A stretch of DNA of 64,000 nt from a virus. Taxonomy: Duplodnaviria > Heunggongvirae > Uroviricota > Caudoviricetes. This document shows positions 53,977 through 62,673 of this stretch, one piece after another (position 1 is the first letter of the stretch; every line of letters starts with the position of its first letter). The notes beneath the pieces are model-generated. The model worked only from the letters and a program-made list of their open reading frames with translations, ran no database searches and was not told the origin of the DNA. The translations under genes were made by a program, and so were the position numbers. The stretch lies in the IMG/VR virus record IMGVR_UViG_3300044673_000278, positions 32,001 through 96,000 of that record; one strand, 5' to 3'.

Positions 53977-54490
53977 ACAACACCTACATCACTATCAACG
54001 AATCAAATCATACTGTGCAGGCAAGTCCATGCTGATGCTGGGCAATCAGTATACCAAAGTGGGCCCAGCAGCTGAGTTGTTTGAACTCAACAAATACAAG
54101 ACACTGGATCCTGACGGCGGAGACTATGCCATTGACATTCAAAGCGATCTATCGTTCATGGATCAGCAATGGGATGTTGTTTTTAATTTGGGCACTATTG
54201 AGCATGTGTGGGACGTTCACCGGGCATACAGCAACAGTGCAAGGCTTGTGAAGGTAGGTGGATATTACATAGGACATGCACCTGTGGAAAACTACAACAA
54301 TCACGGCATTCACGTTACCAATGCCAAAGCCATTCTTAAATTCTTTGAAATGAATGGATTCGAAATGGTTGAATACTGGACCAGTGACTCTGTAATTTTG
54401 TGGCACGTTGCTCGCAAGATCAAACATGTGACAGAATTTGTTAGACCGCAACAGGTGTGGATTGATGGCGAAGCAGACCATTTTGAATAA
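53966..54490 (+). CDS. methyltransferase-fold protein
   Basis: WDVVFNLGTIEH, LVKVGG. Confidence 0.7.
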   Translation: MLIKQHLHHYQRIKSYCAGKSMLMLGNQYTKVGPAAELFELNKYKTLDPDGGDYAIDIQSDLSFMDQQWDVVFNLGTIEHVWDVHRAYSNSARLVKVGGYYIGHAPVENYNNHGIHVTNAKAILKFFEMNGFEMVEYWTSDSVILWHVARKIKHVTEFVRPQQVWIDGEADHFE

Positions 54491-55133
54491 ACCACTAAAC
54501 GTAGTATGTGTACTGCGCCAAGGTGGCAAAGTAGGTTACAGTGCATCGTGGGTCGAAAAGCTCATGCATGGTGTGCAAAGAAATCTCACACTGCCGTATC
54601 AATTCACTTGCTTGAGTGACTGCGATGTGCCTTGCAACAGAATACCACTGGAATCCACTGGCACAGGATTTTGGTCCAAGCTACAATTATTTCGTCCAGG
54701 GCAGTTTGACGGCCCTGTGCTGTACATTGATCTGGATGCTATTGTATGTCAGAACATTGATGAAATTGTACACAGAGTCCAAGATCAGAATTTTGTAATG
54801 TGGCTAGAACCACGTACACACGCACATTCAAGTGCAATCATGTGGTGGCAAGGTGATCACAGTCACTTATGGGATCTGTACAAGTCCCAACCCGAAAGTC
54901 ATTGGCAGCAGGCGCACACTGAGAAACACAGTTACGGCGATCAAGGGTTCATTGCCGACCACGTCAAACACACGTTGTTTCAAGATCACATGCCCAACTC
55001 ATGGTTTCATCTTGCTAGCAAACGAGACAATGAGTTTGACTTTGCAGAAGTAAAAATTCTACAGTTTATCAAAACTCACACCAAACCCAGTACACTGCCC
55101 GATCACCCCATGGTGCAGCAACACTGGCATTAA
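54465..55133 (+). CDS. GT-A glycosyltransferase (paralogue of 50386-51123)
   Basis: FWSKLQLF, YIDLD, SSA, GDQGF, KP. Confidence 0.82.
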   Translation: MAKQTILNKPLNVVCVLRQGGKVGYSASWVEKLMHGVQRNLTLPYQFTCLSDCDVPCNRIPLESTGTGFWSKLQLFRPGQFDGPVLYIDLDAIVCQNIDEIVHRVQDQNFVMWLEPRTHAHSSAIMWWQGDHSHLWDLYKSQPESHWQQAHTEKHSYGDQGFIADHVKHTLFQDHMPNSWFHLASKRDNEFDFAEVKILQFIKTHTKPSTLPDHPMVQQHWH

Positions 55134-56023
55134 ACGTACTGTCGGAAATGACGCCACGCTGCACCTGACGCCAGTTCAGGCTTGCTCCAATGACACATTG
55201 CCAGTTTCTCAATCCACTGCTGACGATCTGGCATATGTGGTGACTCAATCCTAGACAAATCAGTGTTGGCCACAGCATGTGCCTGACTGTTGGCTGGTTG
55301 CGGGTCTGTGATAAAAGCAGGTATGCCTTCGATTGCAGCAGCCACTGCTGGTGTGGAGTTGTATGTGACCACTGCCCAGGCATTGGCAAAGTCATTGACC
55401 AACTCAACGTTTTTGCTGATGTCTCTGCCAGCTAGGTATTGGGCAGCAGATTTATCTCCCGGATGTGCTCTAATGCGTATGGGACGATCCGAAAATTGAC
55501 GTATGGCAGCAATGGTTTGATCTAACCAATTCACAACATTTTGACCTTGCATGCTCCAACCACCATTGCGTTGAGTACAAATCAAAATATGACTGCCTTG
55601 TGTTCGCCAGTCTCGCAGCACAATGCCAGTGTCCTTGCTGACTTGTTGCCAACGAGCAGGATCCACGGTGTTCCAGAAGTATGTGCCGGTGGTAGGAAAC
55701 ACACCGTCAAAACTGTATCGGTGGTAGGCATTGTGGCCGCGATAATTAAACAAGTTGCTGTCTACTACCAGTAATCGTCGGTTCCTGGCACGTTGATAGT
55801 CAATAACCTGCTGTCTCAGTGCAAGATGCGGGGCAGACTTACCGTGTTCGTGTTGCCAACCTTGTATGAACGCCACATCACAGTCCACTAGATTTCTGCC
55901 TGTGTGCAATATACCTTGGTCGCCGGATGCTGAAACACCCTGAGCAAACAAACGCAGCATTTCGGCCTTTTCTGGATTTTTATTGCTAGGCGGTATTCCC
56001 GCCAAATACGATACAACTTTCAT
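55130..56023 (-). CDS. capsule-modification (KpsS/KpsC-like) GT-B protein
   Basis: IRAHPGD, VVTYNSTPAVAAAIEGIP. Confidence 0.7.
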   Translation of the reverse strand: MKVVSYLAGIPPSNKNPEKAEMLRLFAQGVSASGDQGILHTGRNLVDCDVAFIQGWQHEHGKSAPHLALRQQVIDYQRARNRRLLVVDSNLFNYRGHNAYHRYSFDGVFPTTGTYFWNTVDPARWQQVSKDTGIVLRDWRTQGSHILICTQRNGGWSMQGQNVVNWLDQTIAAIRQFSDRPIRIRAHPGDKSAAQYLAGRDISKNVELVNDFANAWAVVTYNSTPAVAAAIEGIPAFITDPQPANSQAHAVANTDLSRIESPHMPDRQQWIEKLAMCHWSKPELASGAAWRHFRQYV

Positions 56024-56916
56024 CGTATGGCCTCCCAGAAATCCTGTGTAGCAGATTGACATTCGTCTAGTGCATCGCTGTGTATCACAGCATTGTCAAT
56101 TGCATCGCGCCATTCTGAAACTGTGTCAACAAAGGCTGGTTGATGTTTTAGATACTTGAATTTTGAGCTCCAGGCGCCAACTACAATCACTTTGCGTTTG
56201 AGCAGTGTTGCCCAGTATGCACCATGATAACTGTTGGTCAGCACAACCTCTGCTGATCCCAACAGCTCAATGGTCTGTTCTATATTGGAACCCGAGTTAA
56301 CAAATCTCGGAATTGAATCGCTGCCAAATACTTTGTCTTTGATCAACTGTTTTTTGTGTTCGAACCAGATCACAGGATTTCTAATGCTGTATGTTTTGTC
56401 AAATGCTGGATGCATACAACTGGCACAAGGTGCCCACTCATAGTATTGCCCAAAGTCTCTTATGCCCACACGATCGAACTTTTTCATTTCTTCAGGATAC
56501 TCAAAGTCATCTGCAGAACTATTTTGTCCGGCTCCCCAAATATATCTAGGTGCAGTTGGTTTGGGCAGTTTGTCTCGGATTTCGTTAAGCAAATCACTGT
56601 AGGTATTTTTGAATTTTTTATGCAAATCTCGATTGCGATCGTCAATTACATGCCAACGTGCTGCCGACAGTGCATCGATTTGTAATCTATCGGGTGTGCT
56701 CAGTACTTTGGCTGCAACATTGCCCATGAATTCGTTGCCTATCAATCCACCGCCACCTAATATCAGCGGAACATTCAATGGGTAATCCACCCCGCCAAAG
56801 TCAGCAGCGTCAATGGATTGATACTCATCGGGCTTGAGAAAATACTGCAAGGGATTGGATGCCATATCCCCAACATTGTTTTGATCTCGGCGATGAACTA
56901 CTACAAATTTAACCAT
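56020..56916 (-). CDS. polysaccharide pyruvyl-transferase-like protein
   Basis: NVGD, LGGGG, WGAG, GIRD, TNSYHG. Confidence 0.72.
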   Translation of the reverse strand: MVKFVVVHRRDQNNVGDMASNPLQYFLKPDEYQSIDAADFGGVDYPLNVPLILGGGGLIGNEFMGNVAAKVLSTPDRLQIDALSAARWHVIDDRNRDLHKKFKNTYSDLLNEIRDKLPKPTAPRYIWGAGQNSSADDFEYPEEMKKFDRVGIRDFGQYYEWAPCASCMHPAFDKTYSIRNPVIWFEHKKQLIKDKVFGSDSIPRFVNSGSNIEQTIELLGSAEVVLTNSYHGAYWATLLKRKVIVVGAWSSKFKYLKHQPAFVDTVSEWRDAIDNAVIHSDALDECQSATQDFWEAIR

Positions 56917-57682
56917 ATTGTTTTAGAATCCTTAGTGCTGCACCATTGTTTAATTCTGATGTGTGAAACTGACCGTAAGCAAGATGACATGCCCACTGGT
57001 ATCTCAAGTCATCGTCTGCATACAATGGTGTTTCAATCTTGTTGAGATCAGATAACGCAACGGGTGCAGCAGCATGTGTGGGTGCTAACACAAATGCTGG
57101 TATGCCGCTGATTACACTTTCGACTGCTGCAATGCTGTTGAACGTAACCACAGCAAATACATCCTGTGTCAACGCTTGTGCAAAACTATTGATTTGACGA
57201 TCACTTCTTTTTGGCGCACGTTCTCTAACAATTATAGGACGGTCTGTGACAGATTTTAAATGACTGATGGTTTTATCAATCCATTGCTGTCGATCTATGC
57301 CATAAAATCTACAAGGCTTGTCATCGGGCAGAGCTAACAAAATGTTCTTTCCGCTGCGATTCCACGACTTCATTTGTATACCTTGGCGGCGCCAACGATC
57401 GTCTGGCACAGTTCTTAGTTCACTGTGTTGTAAATCATTGCGTACTATGCGGTGCCATTGCTTGAACCCAGTGTTGCCAAAATAACCTGTGTCCATGTAG
57501 TAGAAATCACGACGGTCTTTCCAGCAACGTTGCATGATTTTGTATTTCAGTATGCCTCTCAATACCAAAGGCTCCGTGCTGGATTCATACACAAAGTCGT
57601 TGAGATTGATAGCACGTTGCCCGCAGCCCTGGGCAAACGTATTGATGTATTCGTCCTGGCCGTCCTTGCTGATAAAAATCAT
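56909..57682 (-). CDS. capsule-modification (KpsS/KpsC-like) GT-B protein
   Basis: DTGYF, RPIIVR, VVTFNSIAAVESVISGIP. Confidence 0.7.
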   Translation of the reverse strand: MIFISKDGQDEYINTFAQGCGQRAINLNDFVYESSTEPLVLRGILKYKIMQRCWKDRRDFYYMDTGYFGNTGFKQWHRIVRNDLQHSELRTVPDDRWRRQGIQMKSWNRSGKNILLALPDDKPCRFYGIDRQQWIDKTISHLKSVTDRPIIVRERAPKRSDRQINSFAQALTQDVFAVVTFNSIAAVESVISGIPAFVLAPTHAAAPVALSDLNKIETPLYADDDLRYQWACHLAYGQFHTSELNNGAALRILKQYG

Positions 57683-58362
57683 ATGTCCCGCTGCTGACAG
57701 TATTCGGTGAGAATGCGTTCCCGGTGCCATTCGTTGCCTTGCGGTGTATCAGCAAACTCCTGAAAGCATGGCGTGCCAAGTGTGTAATGCAGTAACTTGG
57801 CGTCGGCATTTGGCCCGTATTCATCGGGCAACCAGTTCCATTCTTTGGGGAGTTCACCAATTCGAGCATCATCTAACCACGAGAAGCGGTGGAGGAAACT
57901 GCCGGTGCTGTGTTGGACGAAGTCAGGGGTAAGTTTCCGGTTAGGAAAGCTAGCACAATTCCACAGAATAACACTACTCCAATTTTTTCTAGGATAGTTT
58001 TCATTTTTTGCCCCAAGGTATTTTACAGGCATGCGAGTTTGGTAATCGTGTTTGACCACTTGCACATCACAGGTATGATCACGCATGTTCCAGAGTTCGG
58101 CAATGTCGCCACGCACGATCATGTCTCCGTCAATGAAAATAGCATGACCTTCGTAGTCTTGTAGGTATGGTACTAGAAAACGTGTGTAGATAAAGTGATT
58201 GCTGCCGTCGGTGTGCGTTTCAGAATATTCTTTGAACAGATTCAGTGCAACTGGTACGATGGCCACTGGTTGGCTTGAGTTGCGAATAATAGAGTTCGCA
58301 CACACATGATAGGCTATGGCTTCTCTGGGATCATACCCTATGAATACTGGAATTGGTTTCAT
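57679..58362 (-). CDS. GT-A glycosyltransferase (GT8-like)
   Basis: FIGYD.RE, TRFLVP, FIDGD, YPRKNWSS, HYTLGTP. Confidence 0.85.
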   Translation of the reverse strand: MKPIPVFIGYDPREAIAYHVCANSIIRNSSQPVAIVPVALNLFKEYSETHTDGSNHFIYTRFLVPYLQDYEGHAIFIDGDMIVRGDIAELWNMRDHTCDVQVVKHDYQTRMPVKYLGAKNENYPRKNWSSVILWNCASFPNRKLTPDFVQHSTGSFLHRFSWLDDARIGELPKEWNWLPDEYGPNADAKLLHYTLGTPCFQEFADTPQGNEWHRERILTEYCQQRDI

Positions 58363-58789
58363 TGTTACACACTGACAAAATATAACTGCCGTGCCTATGA
58401 TGTTCTACTGTGGAGAAAAATTTACGCAGTAACTGGTCAATGCTGACATCGTCAAATGCTTGTCGCCACTCGGGCTTTTTCTTTACCGCCAATGTTACAA
58501 CTACAAAACTTTTGGCACAACCTGCAATGTTATTTAATGTCGCCGCAGGATCGTCAAGGTATTCCAAAACTCCCAACAACAAGCCAAGATCAAATTGTTC
58601 TTGTAGTTTCACGGGTTGATCAAGGTCTGCAACAATGTCAGCAGTGTCACAGCGATCAATACCCAGGTACTTGGAAGGTTTTACGTAGTCTAAAACTTCT
58701 CGATTGCCGCAGCCAAAATCCACTATGCTAACGTTGTTGGGTATGTAGTCTTTGACAAATTCCCAACGATCGCTCCAGGGATTTTTCAT
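58331..58789 (-). CDS. class I SAM-dependent methyltransferase
   Basis: VDFGCG, YLGID, GVLEY. Confidence 0.82.
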   Translation of the reverse strand: MKNPWSDRWEFVKDYIPNNVSIVDFGCGNREVLDYVKPSKYLGIDRCDTADIVADLDQPVKLQEQFDLGLLLGVLEYLDDPAATLNNIAGCAKSFVVVTLAVKKKPEWRQAFDDVSIDQLLRKFFSTVEHHRHGSYILSVCNNETNSSIHRV

Positions 58790-59550
58790 CTGCGTTCAAT
58801 GTCCTCTTCTACGCAATTTGTACCGTATTGGATTTCGATCAGTTTCAGTGGTTGGTCAGTTTCGTTGCACAACTGATGCCATTCTTGACAACGGATGAAA
58901 GTATGCTCATGCACGTCAAGATGACACTTGACTTCAGGATCAGTGCTGGCTTGATCCAGTGTGTACACTGTGGCTGTGCCTTCGGCCACAAACCAAAATT
59001 CAGCACGTTGGTCATGTCGTTGCATGCTCAAACATGTTTTGGGCGCTACTGTAAGTTCTTTGAGTTTGGTATTGGCACCTACTTCGTGCAGCACACGATA
59101 GTAACCCCAGGTTCGTTGAGTCTTGGGCTTTTTCCAATCTTCAAGAATCCAGCTAGAACTGTTCTTTTTGTCCTCGCCGCCTACCCCAAACACAAAACTC
59201 AATCGAGATCCTGCAAGATCCATCTCGGGGATATTGTCCTTTGTACGGTCACCACCGTTGGCAAAGATAATTTCTGCATCAGGATACTTTTGTCTCACAC
59301 GGATTATAGCATCCTTGCTGGATCCGTCATCGTCGTTGTATGTAACAACTTCGTCAACAATGCGCAAGGCGCTGACCAGTGCAAAACGTTCGCTCATAGG
59401 CATGAATGGTCGACCTTTTTTACGAGTCAACCATTCATCTGAGTTGAGTCCCACAACAAGCTTGTCGCCCAGTTGTTTGGCTGCATGAAAGTATGCTAAA
59501 TGCCCGCTGTGAATGGGATCAAATCCCCCGGTAACGATTACGATTTTCAT
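58786..59550 (-). CDS. cytidylyltransferase (TagD/RfaE-like) fused to a type II mannose-6-P-isomerase-like cupin
   Basis: GGFDPIHSGH, NSD, FANGGDR, SSS; then WG.Y, LSMQRH, IEIQYG, EEDIER. Confidence 0.9.
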   Translation of the reverse strand: MKIVIVTGGFDPIHSGHLAYFHAAKQLGDKLVVGLNSDEWLTRKKGRPFMPMSERFALVSALRIVDEVVTYNDDDGSSKDAIIRVRQKYPDAEIIFANGGDRTKDNIPEMDLAGSRLSFVFGVGGEDKKNSSSWILEDWKKPKTQRTWGYYRVLHEVGANTKLKELTVAPKTCLSMQRHDQRAEFWFVAEGTATVYTLDQASTDPEVKCHLDVHEHTFIRCQEWHQLCNETDQPLKLIEIQYGTNCVEEDIERR

Positions 59551-59575
59551 AGTGCTATTTACAGGCTTAGCTGTA

Positions 59576-60028
59576 TCACACTGTAATATCTTCCATGCCT
59601 GCTGTGCGCAGTTTGGTGATGTGACCCAGTTGCCATTGCTTGGTATCTAGCCCTTTCATGATACCCAACCAACGATTGCGCAACAGTGCTACTTCGTTGA
59701 TAATGGTTTCAAAGTCAATGACTTCATCCTCACCGTCTACGTATTTTTCAGCGTCCCTGCTGGTCAGCGCACGGGCATAGGCTTCCAAGTACTTTTGGAA
59801 GTGCCTACGACGAATTTTTCTCAATTGTATATTGAGAAAATTGAGCACCGCTTCAATCTCTTGTAACTGATTAAAACGGTGCTCTGTGATACCCGGCAGC
59901 TCTTTGACGTTTTTTTCAACCAAGCCGCCAATGCGACAATCGCGTTTGGCTTCTTCGAGTTCGCGTTCATAGTGCTGAATGAAATCAGGTATGTTACCTA
60001 GGTCAGCTACTACTTTGCTATACCACAT
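59576..60028 (-). CDS. uvsY: recombination mediator UvsY
   Basis: Helical ~150 aa, YLE.Y...L...D..KYVDGE, KQWQL; downstream of uvsX. Confidence 0.75.
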   Translation of the reverse strand: MWYSKVVADLGNIPDFIQHYERELEEAKRDCRIGGLVEKNVKELPGITEHRFNQLQEIEAVLNFLNIQLRKIRRRHFQKYLEAYARALTSRDAEKYVDGEDEVIDFETIINEVALLRNRWLGIMKGLDTKQWQLGHITKLRTAGMEDITV

Positions 60029-60276
60029 TACTCTTCCCAATCTTGGTCGTAGTCTTCCTCGTCCTCGTCGACTTCTTCTTCTTGGTCGTCTTCGATATAT
60101 GACGCAAGGGCTCGTTTGATATCTGCGTCGCCTTTGAACGCATCACGAATATCCCCAGCATCCTCATCATGATCGATCAACAGAGAAACAAGAGTTTCTG
60201 CTGCTTCGGCTCGATCCACAGTGTTGACGTACCGCTTGAGTTCGCCCCAAATTTCACTAGCAATGTCTGAATACAT
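60028..60276 (-). CDS. small acidic protein
   Basis: 82 aa with D/E tail; TAATG-coupled on both sides. Confidence 0.75.
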   Translation of the reverse strand: MYSDIASEIWGELKRYVNTVDRAEAAETLVSLLIDHDEDAGDIRDAFKGDADIKRALASYIEDDQEEEVDEDEEDYDQDWEE

Positions 60277-61337
60277 TAAACCTCCTCGTTTTCAGAATCA
60301 GTGGTACTTACCTTGTCTGCTTGATTGGCAAAATCTGCCATGATCTTGTCCAAGCATCCATCTTCGTTGTTTTCCCAAGCTTTGCGGAACTGTTTGATAA
60401 TCTCGCCATCGCTGGTCACAAACATCAGTCGGTTACCGTCCTTCTTGAGCATGCCCTTCTTTTCAGCAAGATCAACTAGACCGCTGTAAGGGCTCATACC
60501 TTGCTCATAAGGGATCTTGACCTGCACACCTTCAAAGGGCTTGGCATAGCGAGTTTTCATTACTTTACAGGCCGAGCGAATACCCATGACGTCTGTGACT
60601 TTGTTGCCATCTTCGTCTTCTTTGAGTTTGAGCTTGCGCATAGCAACCACAATAGAGCTGGCGTAAATGAAGCCTTGACCGCCTGAAATCTTGTCATCAG
60701 GATCAAACATGTCCTGGCTTGCATATGTGTGGTTAGTACACACCAGACCAACGTTGTAGCTACCAAACATGTTGACACAGTTACGAACCAATGCAGTCAG
60801 AGCTTTGGGTTTACGGCCTAGGTCACCTTTGAGGTCGCCGCCTTCAAACTGGTTGATGTCGGTAGGAGTCAACAACATGCCCAGAGAGTCAATGACAAAA
60901 AGAACTTTAGGACGTTCACCATCAGGCAGGGCTTTGTAATCGCTCATGAACGTAGCAATGGTCTTGGCTACATCGTCAATCATGGCCATGCTTAGTTTCA
61001 GCAGTTTGCTTTCATCTGTGCTTACACCCAGGGCATGCAGCCAGGCTTCGTCCAGTGCGTTTTCACTGTCGATTAGCACAACATAGATGCCTTGTTCCTG
61101 TGCGTTCTTGATGATGTTGCCGCTGCAGATGTAGCTTTTGCCTGCGCCGGATTCACCAGCAAACACTGTAACTTTGCCCAGCGGCACACCTTTGTTGAAG
61201 TCGCCTGAAATAAGATAGTTCAGTGCATAGTTGCCTGTTGAGATCCAGTCTGTGGGATCGTTGAAGCCGATACTAAGGCCGTCAATGCTTTTAGTGATTT
61301 CCTTACGGAACTTTGAAATGTCAAATGGTTTACCCAT
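60276..61337 (-). CDS. uvsX: RecA-family recombinase UvsX
   Basis: STG..ALN, GESGAGKS, DSE, IDSLG, NH, SGG, KTR. Confidence 0.95.
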   Translation of the reverse strand: MGKPFDISKFRKEITKSIDGLSIGFNDPTDWISTGNYALNYLISGDFNKGVPLGKVTVFAGESGAGKSYICSGNIIKNAQEQGIYVVLIDSENALDEAWLHALGVSTDESKLLKLSMAMIDDVAKTIATFMSDYKALPDGERPKVLFVIDSLGMLLTPTDINQFEGGDLKGDLGRKPKALTALVRNCVNMFGSYNVGLVCTNHTYASQDMFDPDDKISGGQGFIYASSIVVAMRKLKLKEDEDGNKVTDVMGIRSACKVMKTRYAKPFEGVQVKIPYEQGMSPYSGLVDLAEKKGMLKKDGNRLMFVTSDGEIIKQFRKAWENNEDGCLDKIMADFANQADKVSTTDSENEEV

Positions 61338-61339
61338 GA

Positions 61340-62638
61340 TTAGTCCTTTGTGTATATCCAACGAGATAGCTCATTGCTAAATGTAGATTTTACATCCAAT
61401 TTATGCCTTTTGCTATATTCTAAAACAAAATTTTTGAAATCAATTTGTTCTAAATGCGAAGTACTGGGCGAGCCCAGCAGTGAAACAATTTGATCTATGT
61501 TGATTGCCAATAACTCAGAATCTAGATTTTTGCGATGTTGTTGTACCCACGATTGAAGTTGCTGCATATAGTATTTTTTTAAATGCTCAGGCAACACAGA
61601 TATCGCTTGAAAATTAGGCCATCTTACAACACTGACTTTTGAGCTGAGTCGATTGGGCCAGCGGCGTTTGATTTCCAAATACCAGTTACAATAGTCAATC
61701 AACCCATCCAGTGCCAAAATATTTAAAGTTCCCAAAAAGTCTAAGTTGACTTCGGGATACTTTGTTAGCACATGATGCACGTTGGTGTTAAACTCTTGCC
61801 AGTCTAAGCCGTATCGAATGAACTCGGATTTTTTATCAGTGCCATCAATGCTGATAGACAACTTAATTTTTTTAAACCTCGAACGATATGATAGAAATTT
61901 TTCAATCATCGCCTGGTTACTAAAATTTGTAACAATCTGAAGATTCAAATTACTGGTGTCATACCCTTCCAATCGATCCATTAGTTTCCAAAATTTTGGA
62001 TTAATGGTTGGTTCGCCGCCTAGCACATTTAACTTCCTGATGGTATCTAAGTTTTTTGTTATCATCTCAACCACGCGATCAAACAGCAGATTTTGTTGTT
62101 GTTCGTCGAGTCGGTCTTTTGATCCCAATCGTTGATACGTTTTCTTTGGATCAGTGGCCGTTTTGTATGGTCCGTTGATTTTTAAATCTGTGGCCCAGCT
62201 TGTGCTTTGAGTTGGATCGCAATAGCTACACACAAAATTACAATAATTATCAATCATTATAGTGATAAGTTCCGGGACAACTGTATTACTGAGATCAAAC
62301 TTGGTGAAATCTTTGTGTTTGTGGTGTTCGCTGTAATAGACCCTATCGCTGATCACATCGCTGTTGGTGTTTTCGATGTTCCAACAATTAGAGCATTCCG
62401 CCGGTTGAACACCCAGTAGCATTTGCTGGCGTTGCGAAATCTTTTGCCTGGTGTTGTGTACTGCCAATAGATTTGACTCAATCTCCAGCAGATCAATTGG
62501 ACCGGGCACAGGATAATGACAACTACTAGTCTGACCAGTATGCAAATATATGTCTGTAGACATCCATTTTGCAGCACAAAAAGTTGGGCTAACAGGATCT
62601 AGTCTTTCAATTTTGAAAGTTTTCAGCTGCTGACTCAT
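61340..62638 (-). CDS. radical SAM protein with N-terminal Cys-rich (twitch/SPASM-like) domain
   Basis: CNFVCSYC, GGEP, SIDG, IRYG; N-terminal C...SC...CSNC. Confidence 0.9.
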   Translation of the reverse strand: MSQQLKTFKIERLDPVSPTFCAAKWMSTDIYLHTGQTSSCHYPVPGPIDLLEIESNLLAVHNTRQKISQRQQMLLGVQPAECSNCWNIENTNSDVISDRVYYSEHHKHKDFTKFDLSNTVVPELITIMIDNYCNFVCSYCDPTQSTSWATDLKINGPYKTATDPKKTYQRLGSKDRLDEQQQNLLFDRVVEMITKNLDTIRKLNVLGGEPTINPKFWKLMDRLEGYDTSNLNLQIVTNFSNQAMIEKFLSYRSRFKKIKLSISIDGTDKKSEFIRYGLDWQEFNTNVHHVLTKYPEVNLDFLGTLNILALDGLIDYCNWYLEIKRRWPNRLSSKVSVVRWPNFQAISVLPEHLKKYYMQQLQSWVQQHRKNLDSELLAINIDQIVSLLGSPSTSHLEQIDFKNFVLEYSKRHKLDVKSTFSNELSRWIYTKD

Positions 62639-62644
62639 AGAATA

Positions 62645-62670
62645 TATCAAGGCCCTTGCGGGCCTTGATA
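62645..62670 (-). terminator. hairpin/terminator downstream of gene 32
   Basis: Perfect 11-bp stem TATCAAGGCCC/GGGCCTTGATA with GCAA loop on the minus strand. Confidence 0.7.
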
Positions 62671-62673
62671 ATT

